Positions 1-12,558 of a DNA stretch of 59,947 bases are shown in pieces. The notes beneath the pieces are model-generated. The model saw only the letters and a program-made list of their open reading frames with translations, did no database searches and was not told the origin of the DNA. The DNA comes from Choristocarpus tenellus KU-1152 (taxonomy: Eukaryota; Protista; Phaeophyceae), in assembly GCA_964200185.2 (NCBI GenBank), contig CAXNAD020000006.1, positions 1 to 59,947 on the forward strand, in the 5' to 3' direction. Within the stretch, counting starts at the first letter, position 1, and every line of letters begins with the position of its first letter. The position numbers and the translations under genes were made by a program.

Positions 1-5
1 GGGAT

Positions 6-749
6 ATGAATCCGTTTACATCACAGCAGGGGAGTGGGAAAAGGTTGATGCTGAGATTAGCGGATCATAATCGTGATCCCCCATGTAAACCTAGTGAACC
101 ATCGGAGCGTGCTCTTAGGTATGAGAGGAGACTGGTTGGTTTACTTGTTGGTGGGAAAGATAGGCTCCTCCCACCTGAACCATTTACCATACGAGCAGCA
201 ATGGAGTCCGTGGAGTGGCCTTTATGGAAAAGGGCTATTGATGAGGAAATTGATGATCTGGACAGCAGGGGAGTGTGGATTCAAGTTCCTCGCCCCACTG
301 ATGGTCAAAAGGTACTTGGGACAAAAATGGTGTTTACCAGGAAGGTGGATGCTAATGGAAATGTGGAACGGTATAAGGCTAGGTTGGTTGTCCAGGGATT
401 CAGGCAAAGGAAGGGGGAGGACTACTTCGAGTCATTTTCACCAACACCCACACATGCTTCTCTTCGCATGTTACTAGCTCTAGCGGCGAAGAGGAATTAT
501 GAGTTGATTCATAGTGATGGGAAGAAGGCTTTCACTCAGGCTGACTTGGAGGAAACCATATACGTGGAACTTCCTGAAGGAAAGGCAAAGTTTGATGGAG
601 CAGTGGGATTACTGAAAAAGTCCCTGTATGGGATAGTCCAGGCTTCTCGAAACTGGAATTTTCTACTGGTGGAAGCTTTGCTGGAGCTGGGCTTGGAACA
701 ATCTGAGGCAGATCCATGTCTGTTTAGAATGACTGTGGATGGTGAGACT
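6..749 (+). mobile_element. Ty1/Copia pol fragment (region upstream of RT plus RT N-terminal part), truncated before the catalytic DD motif
   Basis: EP.T...AM....W..AIDEE; KMVFTRKVDANGNVERYKARLVVQGFRQ; DGKKAFTQADLEETIYVELPEG; LKKSLYGIVQASRNW; DPCLF. Near-identical to the inverted copy at ~10410-10925. Similarity stops at ~749. Confidence 0.93.
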
Positions 750-1598
750 TGCTCTTTTACGGGCAAGATGGGAATGGGAAGTTGGGAAAAGTCACCCTCT
801 ATTCACATCATGGCACTGTGCTTCTTCCTTAAGATTCGTGGAAACCTCTGTTTTGTCAACTCAATTGCGTGTAAAACAAGGTCTGGGTCAAAAGACGCTA
901 GATCCTCCTGGAGATTGTCAACCTCGATCTTCTCCTTTTCTCGAGCTCTTCCTTGTTGTTTTCCTCCCTTAACGTTTGGAGCTCGACATTCGAATGTTAT
1001 GATCTCTTCTTTAGCCACTGCTGGCACCTCAGAGTGTTGACGATACTTTTTGCAGCTTCCTCCTCCAGTTACCTGTCGTTTCTTTACTACATCTTACCTT
1101 TTCTTTACTACATCTTACCTTACCCCTAAAGGTCAATCGTATGGAAGGACCAGGATCGAGTTCTCAGCAGGTTGGCCTCTTTCATCTCTCATCTTCCTTA
1201 TCAACAACATAGTGGCAGAAGCCTCTGATGCGTTTTCTCCCTTCCTCATCACAGTGGCCTCCATCATGGTGGAGGCTTTCGACCTTGCCCTCCACCTCTG
1301 CTTTCACTTCCCTCAATTCGATCTCCATCTCGATCTGTTATTTTGTACCCATGATCTCACCGTCAGCAGTCGCCTGCTTTGCTTCAAGTGCAACAGACAC
1401 AATAGTGGCAGAAACCACCTCAATCATCCGTTGAGCATCTTGAACCACACATGCTTTACCTGTGGCAGTGACACATGCTTTGCGTTTTGCATAGGACATG
1501 TCATGAATGGGGTAAAAAGTTCGATTCAATTTGTATGTATGTATTGTTGTAGAGAGGAGAAATGTTGAGTCAGTCAGGGGACACAAACTTCACAACTG

Positions 1599-1967
1599 TG
1601 TGAGGCGAGCGACAGCCGCAAGAAATGAAAAATATGGTTCTCATTCCAAGGCGTAACAGATGTACAATGAAATACGGAATGATATGTAAAAGAGTTTTAT
1701 TGTAACTTAATTTATATAAAAAATACTTGAGTATGTAGCAGTAATAATATACAAAATTAATCACACAACACCTTCACAAGATAGAAAGAAAATAATAATT
1801 GAAATTTTTTGGTACTCCTGTGAGAAATCCCAGATTCTGGTGGAGGATTTTTCGTATGATTGACATGGGGATTTTTTTGGTAAGAAACCAATCCCGCAAG
1901 TAGTGGATATCTCTTCAATGAGAGGTGTCTGAGTGAGCCACACTGCCGCAGAATCATATGGTTCACA
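1599..1967 (+). repeat. Candidate 5' LTR of the Gypsy element
   Basis: TGTGA...TCACA inverted termini, followed after 1 nt by PBS-like TGGCGACAGTGG (1969). No matching 3' LTR found in the window. Confidence 0.35.
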
Positions 1968-1968
1968 T

Positions 1969-4900
1969 TGGCGACAGTGGTGAATTCAGATAAAGGGTGA
2001 TGGGCAAAATTTTTGTTTGACAGCTGACCAAACATGCTGATCGCCATAACCAGAAGGATACGTCGTCAAGAAGAGCAGAAAACCGATGAGACAGTGTCAA
2101 TCCTGGACATGGAGTCATCCAGGAATCATGACTCGGACTCAAGTTTTCATAGTTACTCCTCCTAATTCTCATCCAACAATTCAAATGATGCTAACTGTAG
2201 ATGAGACTCCCCCCATCTCCTCCAAAATATTGTTGGGGTGGCGCAGGTGCAGCGTCGCCAACCGTTGAGCATCACGTCAGCTTGGGTGATTGTATCACCT
2301 GTTGTGTCCTTTCTTCCAGGACAGTCCAGTTTTCTCACCAGATTCAACCACTTCCGACGTGGCCGCTTTGTAGGCACAGTTTGGCAATGCCATCCCTGTG
2401 TTCATTGCACACCATGTCAACGAGTGCGTGAGAACAAGCGCTGTGCCGCCTGAATGGCTTGAGAATCTCCTGAAGCTGCAGGCCCATGGACATACTGATG
2501 ATCATGTAAGACCTGTCCAGAATCATAGCGATGTCTTGCACCCACATCCAACCTGAGAGGAATCGTTTTAGATATTCTACTTCAGAAATCTGTTCTGGAG
2601 ATCACAGGTTCTGGAGAAGAAGATTTTCCGTTTTTTCTTATCTAAATGGCACGTTGCAATCACTCTACACTCCTGTCAATACGGTCTTGCATCCTCTGAC
2701 ACTATTGACTCTTTTTGCATGGAATTTTTTCCGAACATTCTTCAAGACCCTACTGAAACATTCTCTTTTCAGGTGTTGACCATACAATAGAATAGAAAGA
2801 TCGTTCACCTTGCAATTTAGCTAGATTGCAATCGTCCTCTGACACCCCTGTTCCTATAACTCCTCCAATGTCATGGGAAGGTGTACTGAAGGCTTTGATT
2901 ATTGCGTTTTCCGCCGCCTATGCTCTGAGTGTTTTGGCCCGTAGACTCACACCCTTGAAACAGGAAGTGACAGAGTATGTCGATGAATACACTGTGAGTT
3001 GCAAAACAGTCATGAATCGATTTCCAGAGGATGTTCGTTGTACAACACGTCCTTCAGATTGTCTTGACACAACAACCCTCCTTGTTGAACAACTCAAAAT
3101 CACCCTCATGCAAAATGGCTTACTCCCTATGATTTGTCTTGAACAAATCCGAGAAGAACCTGCGACAATGTTTGCTCAGGCAAATGACTGTGCCAAATGC
3201 CATGAAGCCAACAACCTGTCCAGTCACAACCCTACTCCCACCAATTACATCAATCCTGTCACCCACAAACCTTGTCATGAGCATGTTCCTCATTTGAACT
3301 TTGTCTAACCCCAGCGAGAGAACCAACATCTCTGGACAGAAGTGGAGTGTCACCGAGCAGGGAAAGTAACCCTGGCCCTGTCCTCAGCTCGGTTGTCAAC
3401 ATGCACACCTGTGACAGTCTGCCTGGCTGACCGTTCAGCATCACGACCATGTCGTCTACCTCATCGTATAGAGTCCCTCCCTGGCTACTCCCTATCATTG
3501 TGTTGATGCACAGCAGAATGCCGCAAAATAGCTCGTGCCAGGACCCTGGTTGCTAGGGGAAGACTCGTCTTGGTCACTCAACCCAGTACTGCCTGGACAA
3601 CCCAGATGGTACTTGTAGGCCATTCTTATGTTGAAGTGGAAGAGCTTATGGACGTCAAGGTAGTGAAGATTGACAGCCAGTTGCTGGTCACTGCTCTCCT
3701 TGTCCTAGGGGTCCCCAGATGGATTTGACTCCTGTCCATTTGAGAATGAGTATGATGTGTTCGATACCATTGTAGGGAGTGGCAAGCATCAGAGGTTGAC
3801 GCCAGTCACACCATTTGCTCCTCAGGCATCGTTTTTAGCCTGTTCGTCTGTTTCAAATAATTTTTCTTTGCCCTCAGTTCAACCAAGGTTGTACCATAAT
3901 AGTCAAAATTAATTCAACAATTCTTTGTGCAGATACTCATCTACTCCAAAACCTTTATTGTTTTCATTAGAGTGGGTTTGTGTATCCGGCATTGTCAAAC
4001 AACAAGAAAAATATTACTTGACCACTGACACAGCAAGTGATGTGCCATATATTTCAGGGGTATTTTTTGCAATCACCCTCAACTCAAACTTTTGGATGTG
4101 CATCCTATCCCACCTGGAGCAATAAATCTACGTAATGCTAGTAGTTTACCACTGTATATTCATGGATTTACTAATTTTGCACTTACACATGGTCACACCA
4201 CATTTCCGTCGCAGCTTTAGTGATTAACCAACTTGGTTCCAAAAAAATACTGTTTGAAAATAGTGTCATGCAAGCCTTCAATGCAATCCTTGATTGGCAA
4301 GAACAACGGCTCTTGTCCTGCAATAGTGTATGTACCCTTCCACCAAGACATCACATGACAAGGAGCCTCACACAACAAGTGTGTGATACAAAGCTACTCC
4401 TTTGTACTTTGTGGTGAGTGTGTAACATGAATTCAACCCTGTACCCGTCTGTTTATATATACAGTACAATGTACCAACTGGTCATGAAATCACCGTACAT
4501 TGCACAACTGCTGATAGCCTGTCCCTTGATACTGCCTTTGTAGTGGAGTCAGCCATACATTCCATGCCTGATGTAGACTAACACAATGAACCCAAACATC
4601 CATGGAATTGTATTGTCGTTGCTTGCACCCTCGGTACTTGGTCAGCAAATAATAGATCAGTATTGGTTCAACTGCCAAACCCAACCACACGAAGGGTTTG
4701 CATCAAGAATTATCTTGTGATTGGCCACCTGACCCCTATTTCTGATCAGACACCCCTCACCATGAGTACTCTTAATATGGATTCTGTCTCGTTCAATGAA
4801 GGCAGATAGAAGGTACATCAAGGTTTCAGTTAGACAAATGCTTTCAAAGATAACATGTTCAATCAGTCACAAATGCCTCAACCTTTAGACCTCTGGGCCC

Positions 4901-7900
4901 GTTACAGATCAGTATTTGGTTGAATGCAGCAGAATGGCATAGATGTACTTAGCTGAAGCAGAAATTCCTGTAGAGCCTGGTACCAAGCCTGTCGATAGGA
5001 ACCTGTACATGGCAAACCCCTGTATTCAAGAAATGATTGACTCGTGTGTTAATGGCATGGAAGAGCAAGGCGTCTATGAAAAATGTGCCAGTCCCTGGGG
5101 TAGTCCTGTTACCATCGTAGCTAAGCCTGATGACTCTCCACAATTCTGTGTTGACTATTTCTTGACTATTAACAAAGACCTTGTTCAACAGACTTGGCCT
5201 ATGCCTGATATGGAGTCTCATGTTGATACTTGTCAAATTTATCACCGTTTGTGACATTCTGGCAAATTTCAGTTCCTGAAGCTGATATTGGTAAGACTGT
5301 CTTTATCGCTTCCAGAGGCAAATATGTTTTTGAGAGGGATGCCTTTTGGGATATCAAATGCTCCCTGGTGATTTCAAAAAATGTTTTTGTTAGCCTTTGC
5401 CACTTGGGGATTTGCTGGTATACATGGATGATTTGATTGCTTGTTCTTCCATGTGGGAAGGGCATTTTTCATTTACTAGAGCAGCAGTTCAACATGTTGC
5501 AAGCAGCAGGTTTAATTTTGAAACCGCCAAAGATCCAATTTGAACCTAAAGAAGTCTGTTATCTAGGTCAGGTCTTCATATCTGAAGGGATTTGTATCTG
5601 TGAAGATTGGGTTCATGCCATCACTGAATTACCTAAACCCACCACTACAAAGAACTTCAACCTGTCCTAGGCATAATTTTGTACATGAATTTATGCCCAA
5701 CCTAGCCACCATCATCAAAGCTTTGGTTGTCTTAATGAGAGTGGTGTCAGTAAGAACATTGCTAAAGAATGAATGACCAGGATGTGCCATTTTTCTAAGT
5801 GAAAAATTACTCACTGTACCCCGGTTCTCTTTTCTGACTTTACCAAAGAGTCTGTTATTCATGTTGACGCCAATGAGATTGGTGGAGGTGTTTTAGCACA
5901 ACCCTGATCTCATAATCCTAATGACCTGGGTAGCAGTGCTTACTTAAGCAAGAAATTTAATGAAGCTCAACATCACTGCTCAGTCACATTGAAAGAGTGT
6001 TATTCATTTGTTTAGTCGAAGTATCTTAGAAGGTAGAGACACGTCCATTTGGGGGGAAAAATCAAATGTTTTGATTTTGATGTAATTTTGACTATCGTGT
6101 TTGTTAGGAAGTGTCAATATCCTTGTTCTGGATACACCTTTTCATAACGTAAACATTTTACCTACTCCGAAACATTTGAGTCAGAGTATCTTAGAGGGTA
6201 GAGCAGCGTCCGTTTGGGGGCAAAAGTTCGATGTGCTGATTTTGATGTAATTTTGGATATCTTGTTTGTTAGGAAGTGTCAATATCCTTGTTCTGGACAC
6301 ACCTTTTCATAACATACACATTTTACCTACTCCAAAACATTTTGGAGTAGGTAAAATGCCATAAAAACCCGTGGGAAGTCAAGCCACAAACAGACAAACA
6401 GAGCAAAGCTTGTGCCCTCCAAGATGCTTTCACTCTATTACCATTATCACTCATTGGCGACTGTATCTCTGGGGTAGACACTTTATCCACAATACAAATC
6501 ATGCTGCATTGTGTCGCTTGTATAGAATGCAGGATTCCAGTAACATGCTTATTTGTTGGGCTATTGTACTTCAAGCTTATGGTTTCACTGTCAAGTACAA
6601 GTCTGGTTAGCTAATTGTTGTACCTGACATCTGTTTTGTGTTCCAAATTTGAAGAACTGGAGAAATCCATTGCTCCGATGCTGGCACGCATCTGTCACAA
6701 TGTACCCAATGGTAATTGTTCAATTTCCACGCATGTTTAGTAGGAATATGGGTTATCTGCTTCTAACCATGTCCAAGCAACTCCCATCCATAGTGACCGT
6801 GAACTATTACTAGTTTCACTACTGTATTTCCTATGGTGGACCTGGTGAAATTGTGCAAGGAGCTGGAGTCTGAGTTCGGACCACAGTCTTGGTGTTTTGC
6901 AGTCCCCCACCACCTGATACCGAATCAATGACATCTATGTTGTATTTTTGCTTTGTGATGGCTTATTGCATTGTTCGTATCTACCGGACCATCTTTGTAA
7001 GAGGAGCATGTTTAGAGACCAGATGATTGTTCCTTGCTCATTAGTTCGTCTTGTACTCCACATTTGCCATTGTCATGCATTGTCTTGGGTTTCAAACCAA
7101 TGTTTGATAAGATTAGAGAGTTGTATTGATGGCCAACATTCAATAACAATTTTCGTACATTGTGCCATGATTGTCAGGCATGTCAAACGTGTAAGACTGC
7201 TCATAACAAAGCTACGCTTCCCACTGACCACCTTCCTGTTGACAAACCATTTCAACGTGTTGCTAATGATTTTGCAGACTACAAAACATATTTCTCAGCA
7301 GCAAATTGTATGATGTGCTTACATCTTGTCTGCAATTGATCCTCTCGCTTGCTTTGTTGTGTGTGTCCTGTTCCAAATAAATAGGTCACAACAATTGCTA
7401 GTATGCTGGTAGAACGTGTATTTTCAATTTTCGGCCCACCCAAGTTATTATACTCCGATCAAGGTACTGAATTTGAAAACAATATCGCTGCAGAGTTGCA
7501 GTCTTTGGTTATGAGAAAACCAAATCCACACTGTATCATCCCCAAGGAAATTCTGTGTTAGAGAGAGAGTACATGCTACGTTGCATTCGATGCTAGCAAT
7601 GTATATCTCTGTTACTGAGGATAACTGGGCTTTTTACTGCCTTTTGTACAGTTAGCTCATAACACAGCTTTCAGTGCAGAGTTGCATGAAGCTCCATTTT
7701 CCCTCCTGTTTGGAAGACAAGGTCACTTTCCTGATGATATTATCCTTGGTTCGTCTGATACTGATTCAGATGTCACTACTGAAGAGTTTACTCAGTAAAC
7801 CAAAGATAGTTTACAGGTCACATTTGAGTTGGCACACCGTAACCTCCATGAACACCTCCAAAATCAGGAATGTGTCAACCAGCATCCTTGTGTTCCCCGT

Positions 7901-8396
7901 TTTCGTACCTGGTGAGCAAGTTCTAGTCCATACGCCACATGGGAGTACTGATTGTCCGAATCCTAAGTTGCTTTACCCTTGGAGGAGTCCATATGAAGTA
8001 CATTCTACAGTATCACTGATTGTGTACAAGGTCGTATTACCTGGGAGTCCACGTCCATTTTCCATTCATCTGGGTAGAATTAAATATTACTATGCCCAAG
8101 TCCAAACCTCCTAGACCAGACTTGAATGAACTGAATCATTTATTTCTGGGACAACCGTTACCATTGCTGGATGTAGACCATAAGGTCTCTGAACCAGTTA
8201 TTGGCCAGTACACTATTGATAGCATTGTTGAACATAGACCTGGCCCTGGTTGTCATTCATTTACAAATGTTATCTGTCGTGTTTGTCTTTGTGGCTATGG
8301 GCCCTCTTGTGACCTTCACAAAAGAGTAGAACATATTCCACAATGCCGTGCAATAATTGCAGTGTATTGTACAGTAAGCATACTGTTAAATCAGTA
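1969..8396 (+). mobile_element. Degenerate Ty3/Gypsy chromovirus internal region (gag?-PR-RT-RH-IN-chromodomain), pseudogenised
   Basis: Protease-like DTASDVPYIS (~4027); RT SPWGSPVTIVAKPDDSPQFCVDY (~5090) and LVYMDD (~5413-5430); RNase H IHVDA..GVLAQ and HWRLYLWGRHF; integrase CHDCQAC, YSDQGTEFEN, YHPQGN; GPY/F-like WRSPYEV; chromodomain YTIDSIVEHR..GYGPSCD. RT precedes IN. Many stops and frameshifts. Confidence 0.92.
6013..6435. mobile_element. MITE (GAGT..ACTC termini) inserted in Gypsy RNase H: partial copy 6013-6177 plus full copy 6178-6435
   Basis: Imperfect ~21-bp TIR (GAGTCAGAGTATCTTAGAGGG / CCCTCCAAGATGCTTTCACTC). Interrupts RNase H between ECYS and ITIITHWR. Same family as 14727-15378. 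Confidence 0.85.
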
Positions 8397-8548
8397 GTTC
8401 CTCTGTTCAAAATTATATATAACACTACGTTTGCAGTCCCAATGAGAAAGAAGTTTTTTTCACATGTTCATGCTTTGTGGGTGTGTTGTGCGGACACTAA
8501 AAAGGTTGCCCACCAAAATCTCAACCAAAAGGGACAGCCTACACCTAC

Positions 8549-9051
8549 CTATGATTCCACCCCTGAAGCCCTCCAAAACTCTATTCCAGCATGATATTTA
8601 GCTGCATCCATGAGGGCATTGAAGGGGAGCTTGCACGCCTTCTCAGCCTTTCCCTTGCTAAGATGGGGGATTTCGAAGATATTGTCACCCTTAGACCCCA
8701 GCACTTCACGGTAGACTGCGAAGAGGCTCTGCCAGACGCACTCTAGTGTCTCCATGGGGTGCAGATCGGTGTACACATCGAGCGTCTCCATTGTGGCCTC
8801 CACCAGCTCCTCTGTGTTGGTCACCCCCACGTCTTCCTTCAGTTGCTGGATGGAATGAAAGAGTCCCAGGTCATTAACGTTGAAGTCAGGTGAGTTGACT
8901 AGCTGGGTATCCATGAAAATGTCATCCCCCGCCACCTTGTCAATTATCCCTGTGATCCCTCCCTTGGTGTGTGGCTTTGTCATGTCCTGCTGCACGAAGG
9001 TGGTGTGTCCTTCCAGTCTGGGCGTGCAGGCCTTGATTCTTGGGATGACAT
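8549..9051 (-). pseudogene. Mariner transposase, C-terminal half
   Basis: FVQQDMTKPH...NSPDFNVNDLGLFHSIQ...TLECVWQSLF..VLGSKGDNIFEIPH; 37 residues between the second and third catalytic Asp by hand count. Confidence 0.88.
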
Positions 9052-9359
9052 TGTTAAATAAATTGGTGTTCCTAAGGCTTGTGTATGTAAGTAACTTGAT
9101 TAATTCCTTATTATGCAGAACAGGTTGTACATGAAGTAAGGAAGGTGAAAAGGAAGGAGTGAACCTCAAAGCTCAAAGGGGTTGTCACCTTACCATTCAT
9201 ATTCTAATAGCACGTCACTCATTCTCTGTATCACTTGCTATAACATTCCCTTTCTAACTTTTCTATCAATTATACCATTATCAAAATATAATCCAACAAC
9301 TGATCATTTATCCTACGAAATCTTCTTTTACACATGAATAAAAAGTATAGTCTTACACA
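9052..9359 (-). repeat. 3' LTR of the Copia element
   Basis: Direct repeat of 12184-12553, sharing a long identical core (GTAAGGAAGGTGAAAAGGAAGGAGTGAACCTCAAAGCTCAAAGGGGTTGTCACCTTACC). Purine-rich PPT-like AAAGCAGGGGA abuts it on the minus strand. Confidence 0.92.
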
Positions 9360-12183
9360 ATCCCCTGCTTTGAACTTCAAGTGGAAAAATTTACTCCTAA
9401 AAACATTCTTGGACGTATCTTAAACCAGAAATCAATTCCACTTCATTCTATGCATGATAATACTGGAATGCCTATTGAAATATTCCTTAGACAAAACCCT
9501 TAGTAAAGAGACCAGTATGTTGGAACTCTGTTGGCAAATATCCAATTGCTCTCTTTCCTTCCCTCTACAACTGATGTACATAGTGATACCTAATATCAAT
9601 ATGCTTGGTTCTACCACCAGATATTGTCTTCTTAGCAATCTTGATTGCACCATCATTATCCTCGAACACAGATATAGGGTAGTCCTGACAAAGTGGTTGC
9701 ATGAGTATATGCACTTGCTTGAGGAACATAACCTCTTTCCCCAACTCACACAATGCAATGTACTCAGTCTCAGCTGTAGACAGTGTAACCGTTTTCTGCT
9801 TTATCGAAAACCAATTGACACATCCTCCCCCAAACATCACAACAACTCCTGAAATGGGTGATCTACTATCTTTACAGTTAGCGTAATCAGCATCTGTATA
9901 GCCAATTCACTTATCCCTTGGTCCATTTCCATACCATCCAAAGTTACCAAAGGTAATTCCATGCTCTTTAGTACCCAACAGGTACCCAATCACTCTCCTA
10001 GCAATACACCAATCAGACCACCTTGGATTCTTCACACACAAGCCAACTCTCTAACTGCAAATGATACATCAGGTCTAGTCATGATAGCAGCCCATTGTAT
10101 ACCACCAATCATAGATCTGTAATCATCTGGAACAGATCCCTCCTGTTCCACTCTCTTTGTGATGGATGGTAGCTCGTAAGTCGTGCCAATACCATGTCTT
10201 TCCGCCAGTTCTCCGATGTGCAAGCTCTGATATACCACAAGCGTCCCAGTTTTCCTTTTCCTCCTGATCCTGCATCCCATAAATTTGGTTACCTCACCCA
10301 AATTCACCACCGGGAACTTCTCATTAAGTCCCTCTAAGATACGCACAGCATAACCAGTCCCTGATTCCTCAGTCATCAGCATGTCATCCACATGAACAAT
10401 CATGATCATCACAGTCTTACCATCCACAATCATTCTGAACAGACGTGGATCTGCCTCACATTGTTCCAAGCCCAACTCCAGCAAAGCTTCCACCAGCAGA
10501 AAATTCCAGTTTCGAGAAGCCTGAACTATCCCATACAGGGACCTTTTCTGCAATCCCACTGCACCATCAAACTTTGTCTTTCCTTCAGGGAGTTCCACAT
10601 ACATGGTTTCCTCCAAGTCAGCCTGAGTGAAAGCCTTCTTCCCATCACTATGAATCAACTCATAATTCCTCTTCGCCGCTATAGCTAGTAACATGCGAAG
10701 AGAGGCATGTGTGGGTGTTGGTGAAAATGACTCGTAGTAGTCTTCCCCCTTCCTCTGCCTGAATCCCTGGACAACCAAACTGGCCTTGTACCTTCCCACT
10801 TCTCCATTAGCATCCACCTTCCTGGTAAACACCATTTTTGTCCCGAGTATCTTTTGACCATCAGTGGGGCGAGGTACTTGAATCCGCACTCCCCTGCTGT
10901 CCAGATCACTGACTTCATCATCAATGTCCCAATGAGAATCCTCCAAGCTGAACTGGCGTACCATTTGCTTTGTGTTCACCATCACCAGCTTCACCAGTGT
11001 TGCTTGCATTGCCACTCCCCTTCCCTTTACCATTCTTCTTCTTCCTTCAGGGAGTTTGTCCAGATGATCGTTGATCCGATTCTCCCAAATCTCCAGTGCG
11101 TTTGGGACATCAGTAAGCCTTGTGTCCTTTGGCTCCACGGACATAACAAGAACCTGTATAGGATCCAGAACGAGACGAAACAGTGGTGGGACAAGATGAT
11201 TGAAAGTGTGATCCTCCACACTGTCAACGCTCCACACATCTTGACTGCCGATCCTTATGAAAACCAGCAGTTCCACTTCTCGAATGGGGACCTTCCACCA
11301 TCAATGCACCGCCATTACTTCCCATCTGTCATTCAATTTGACGTTTACGAAGTTGATAGGTTTTGCAGACGCGTTTTTGTAGATCCAGCCTTACTTCTCG
11401 TCCACATCCTGTGCCCTGTTGAATCTCGATAAAATATTTGTTGGTCAACCAATTGTGCATGGCACTTAATTGCTCCTCATCACTCAGTTCATCATCCAGG
11501 GATTGCATTTTCTTTACAATGCTGTCCAGCTCCATGATGACGGTGGACCGATCCTCTCCAGGAGGTAGATGTAGCGAATTTAGCTTTGATCTCATGGTTG
11601 CCCTTTCAGTGATACCACTCCTCCTAAAGTGGTTCCTTAAAGCTTGGAAAGCTTCGGAAGGACTGCCGTGGTTGCTCACCACTTGTTCCGCGAACCCATC
11701 CAAAGTCATCACCAGAGCAGTCATCGCCATACTCGCCTTTTCGATTTCTCGTTTGGACCATCTTGAAGCGTTGAAGGAATTGCTACTGACTCTGATGTGG
11801 TCATCAGATAAAAGCATATACTTTCAGCCGCCCATGGCAGCACACGAAAACAATTTTCGCTCAAACATGGCAAATCCATCACCATCATCATCGCCACTGT
11901 CTACCTTGAATTTTGATGGCAGTGGTATAAGTTGTCGCCATCTCTGTCCAGTTGGTACCTACTGTTGCACGGTTCTGCTAACCGCCTCTCTGTCTTCATC
12001 TTCAGACTTGACCACCTCTCCACCTTCTTCAACTGGTGTTGCAGGTGTCATGTCACCATACTCCGCCCTTCTCGAAGTACATCTTCTGTAACCGACGGCC
12101 TCCTACATTGGGACTCCCCCTCAAATTGATTTAACGCTAGCCTTGAGAAGTTAGAACAATTCAATAAGAAATGCTAGCTAGCA

Positions 12184-12553
12184 TGTTAAAGAAATTGGTG
12201 TTCCCAAGACTTGTGAATGTAAGTAAGTAACTCGATTAATTCCTTATTTTGAAAACAGGTTGTAAATCATGTAAGGAAGGTGAAAAGGAAGGAGTGAACC
12301 TCAAAGCTCAAAGGGGTTGTCACCTTACCATTCATATTCTAATAACACGTCACTCATTCTCTGTGTCATTTGCTACAATCTTCCCTTTCTAGAATTCTTC
12401 TTGTTGTACTAAAATAACCTGGATAATATTCTCATGATTACTCAACAGAAAAATTTTCTGTCAATAATCCTGTTATCGAAACATAATCCAACAACTGATA
12501 ATTTATCCTACAAAATCTTCTTTTACACATGAATAAAAAGCATATTCTTAACA
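12184..12553 (-). repeat. 5' LTR of the Copia element
   Basis: Homologous to 9052-9359 with many substitutions and ~60 extra bp; TG..CA termini. Confidence 0.92.
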
Positions 12554-12558
12554 GACAT

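Larger units (their letters stand above)
9052..12553 (-). mobile_element. Ty1/Copia LTR retrotransposon, internally deleted (gag - RT - RNase H; protease and integrase absent), 5-bp TSD GACAT
   Basis: GACAT at 9047-9051 and 12554-12558; TGTTAA..TTAACA termini; gag-like ORF 11329-11817 and zinc knuckle CYVRGAKGHKAY*C near 11110-11150; RT YKASLVVQGF and VHVDDML; RNase H LSTAETEY, FEDNDGAI, RTKHIDIRYH. Confidence 0.95.

Noticed and set aside
750-1040. C-terminal part of the 344-aa ORF as genuine RT
   Set aside because: Similarity to the sister Copia copy ends at ~749; the rest is read-through into unrelated DNA.
9052-9169. N-terminus of the 206-aa ORF as transposase start
   Set aside because: It is read from LTR sequence; the true upstream transposase lies beyond 12558.
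10854-12091. Plus-strand ORFs of 192 and 217 aa
   Set aside because: Antisense shadows of the Copia gag region.
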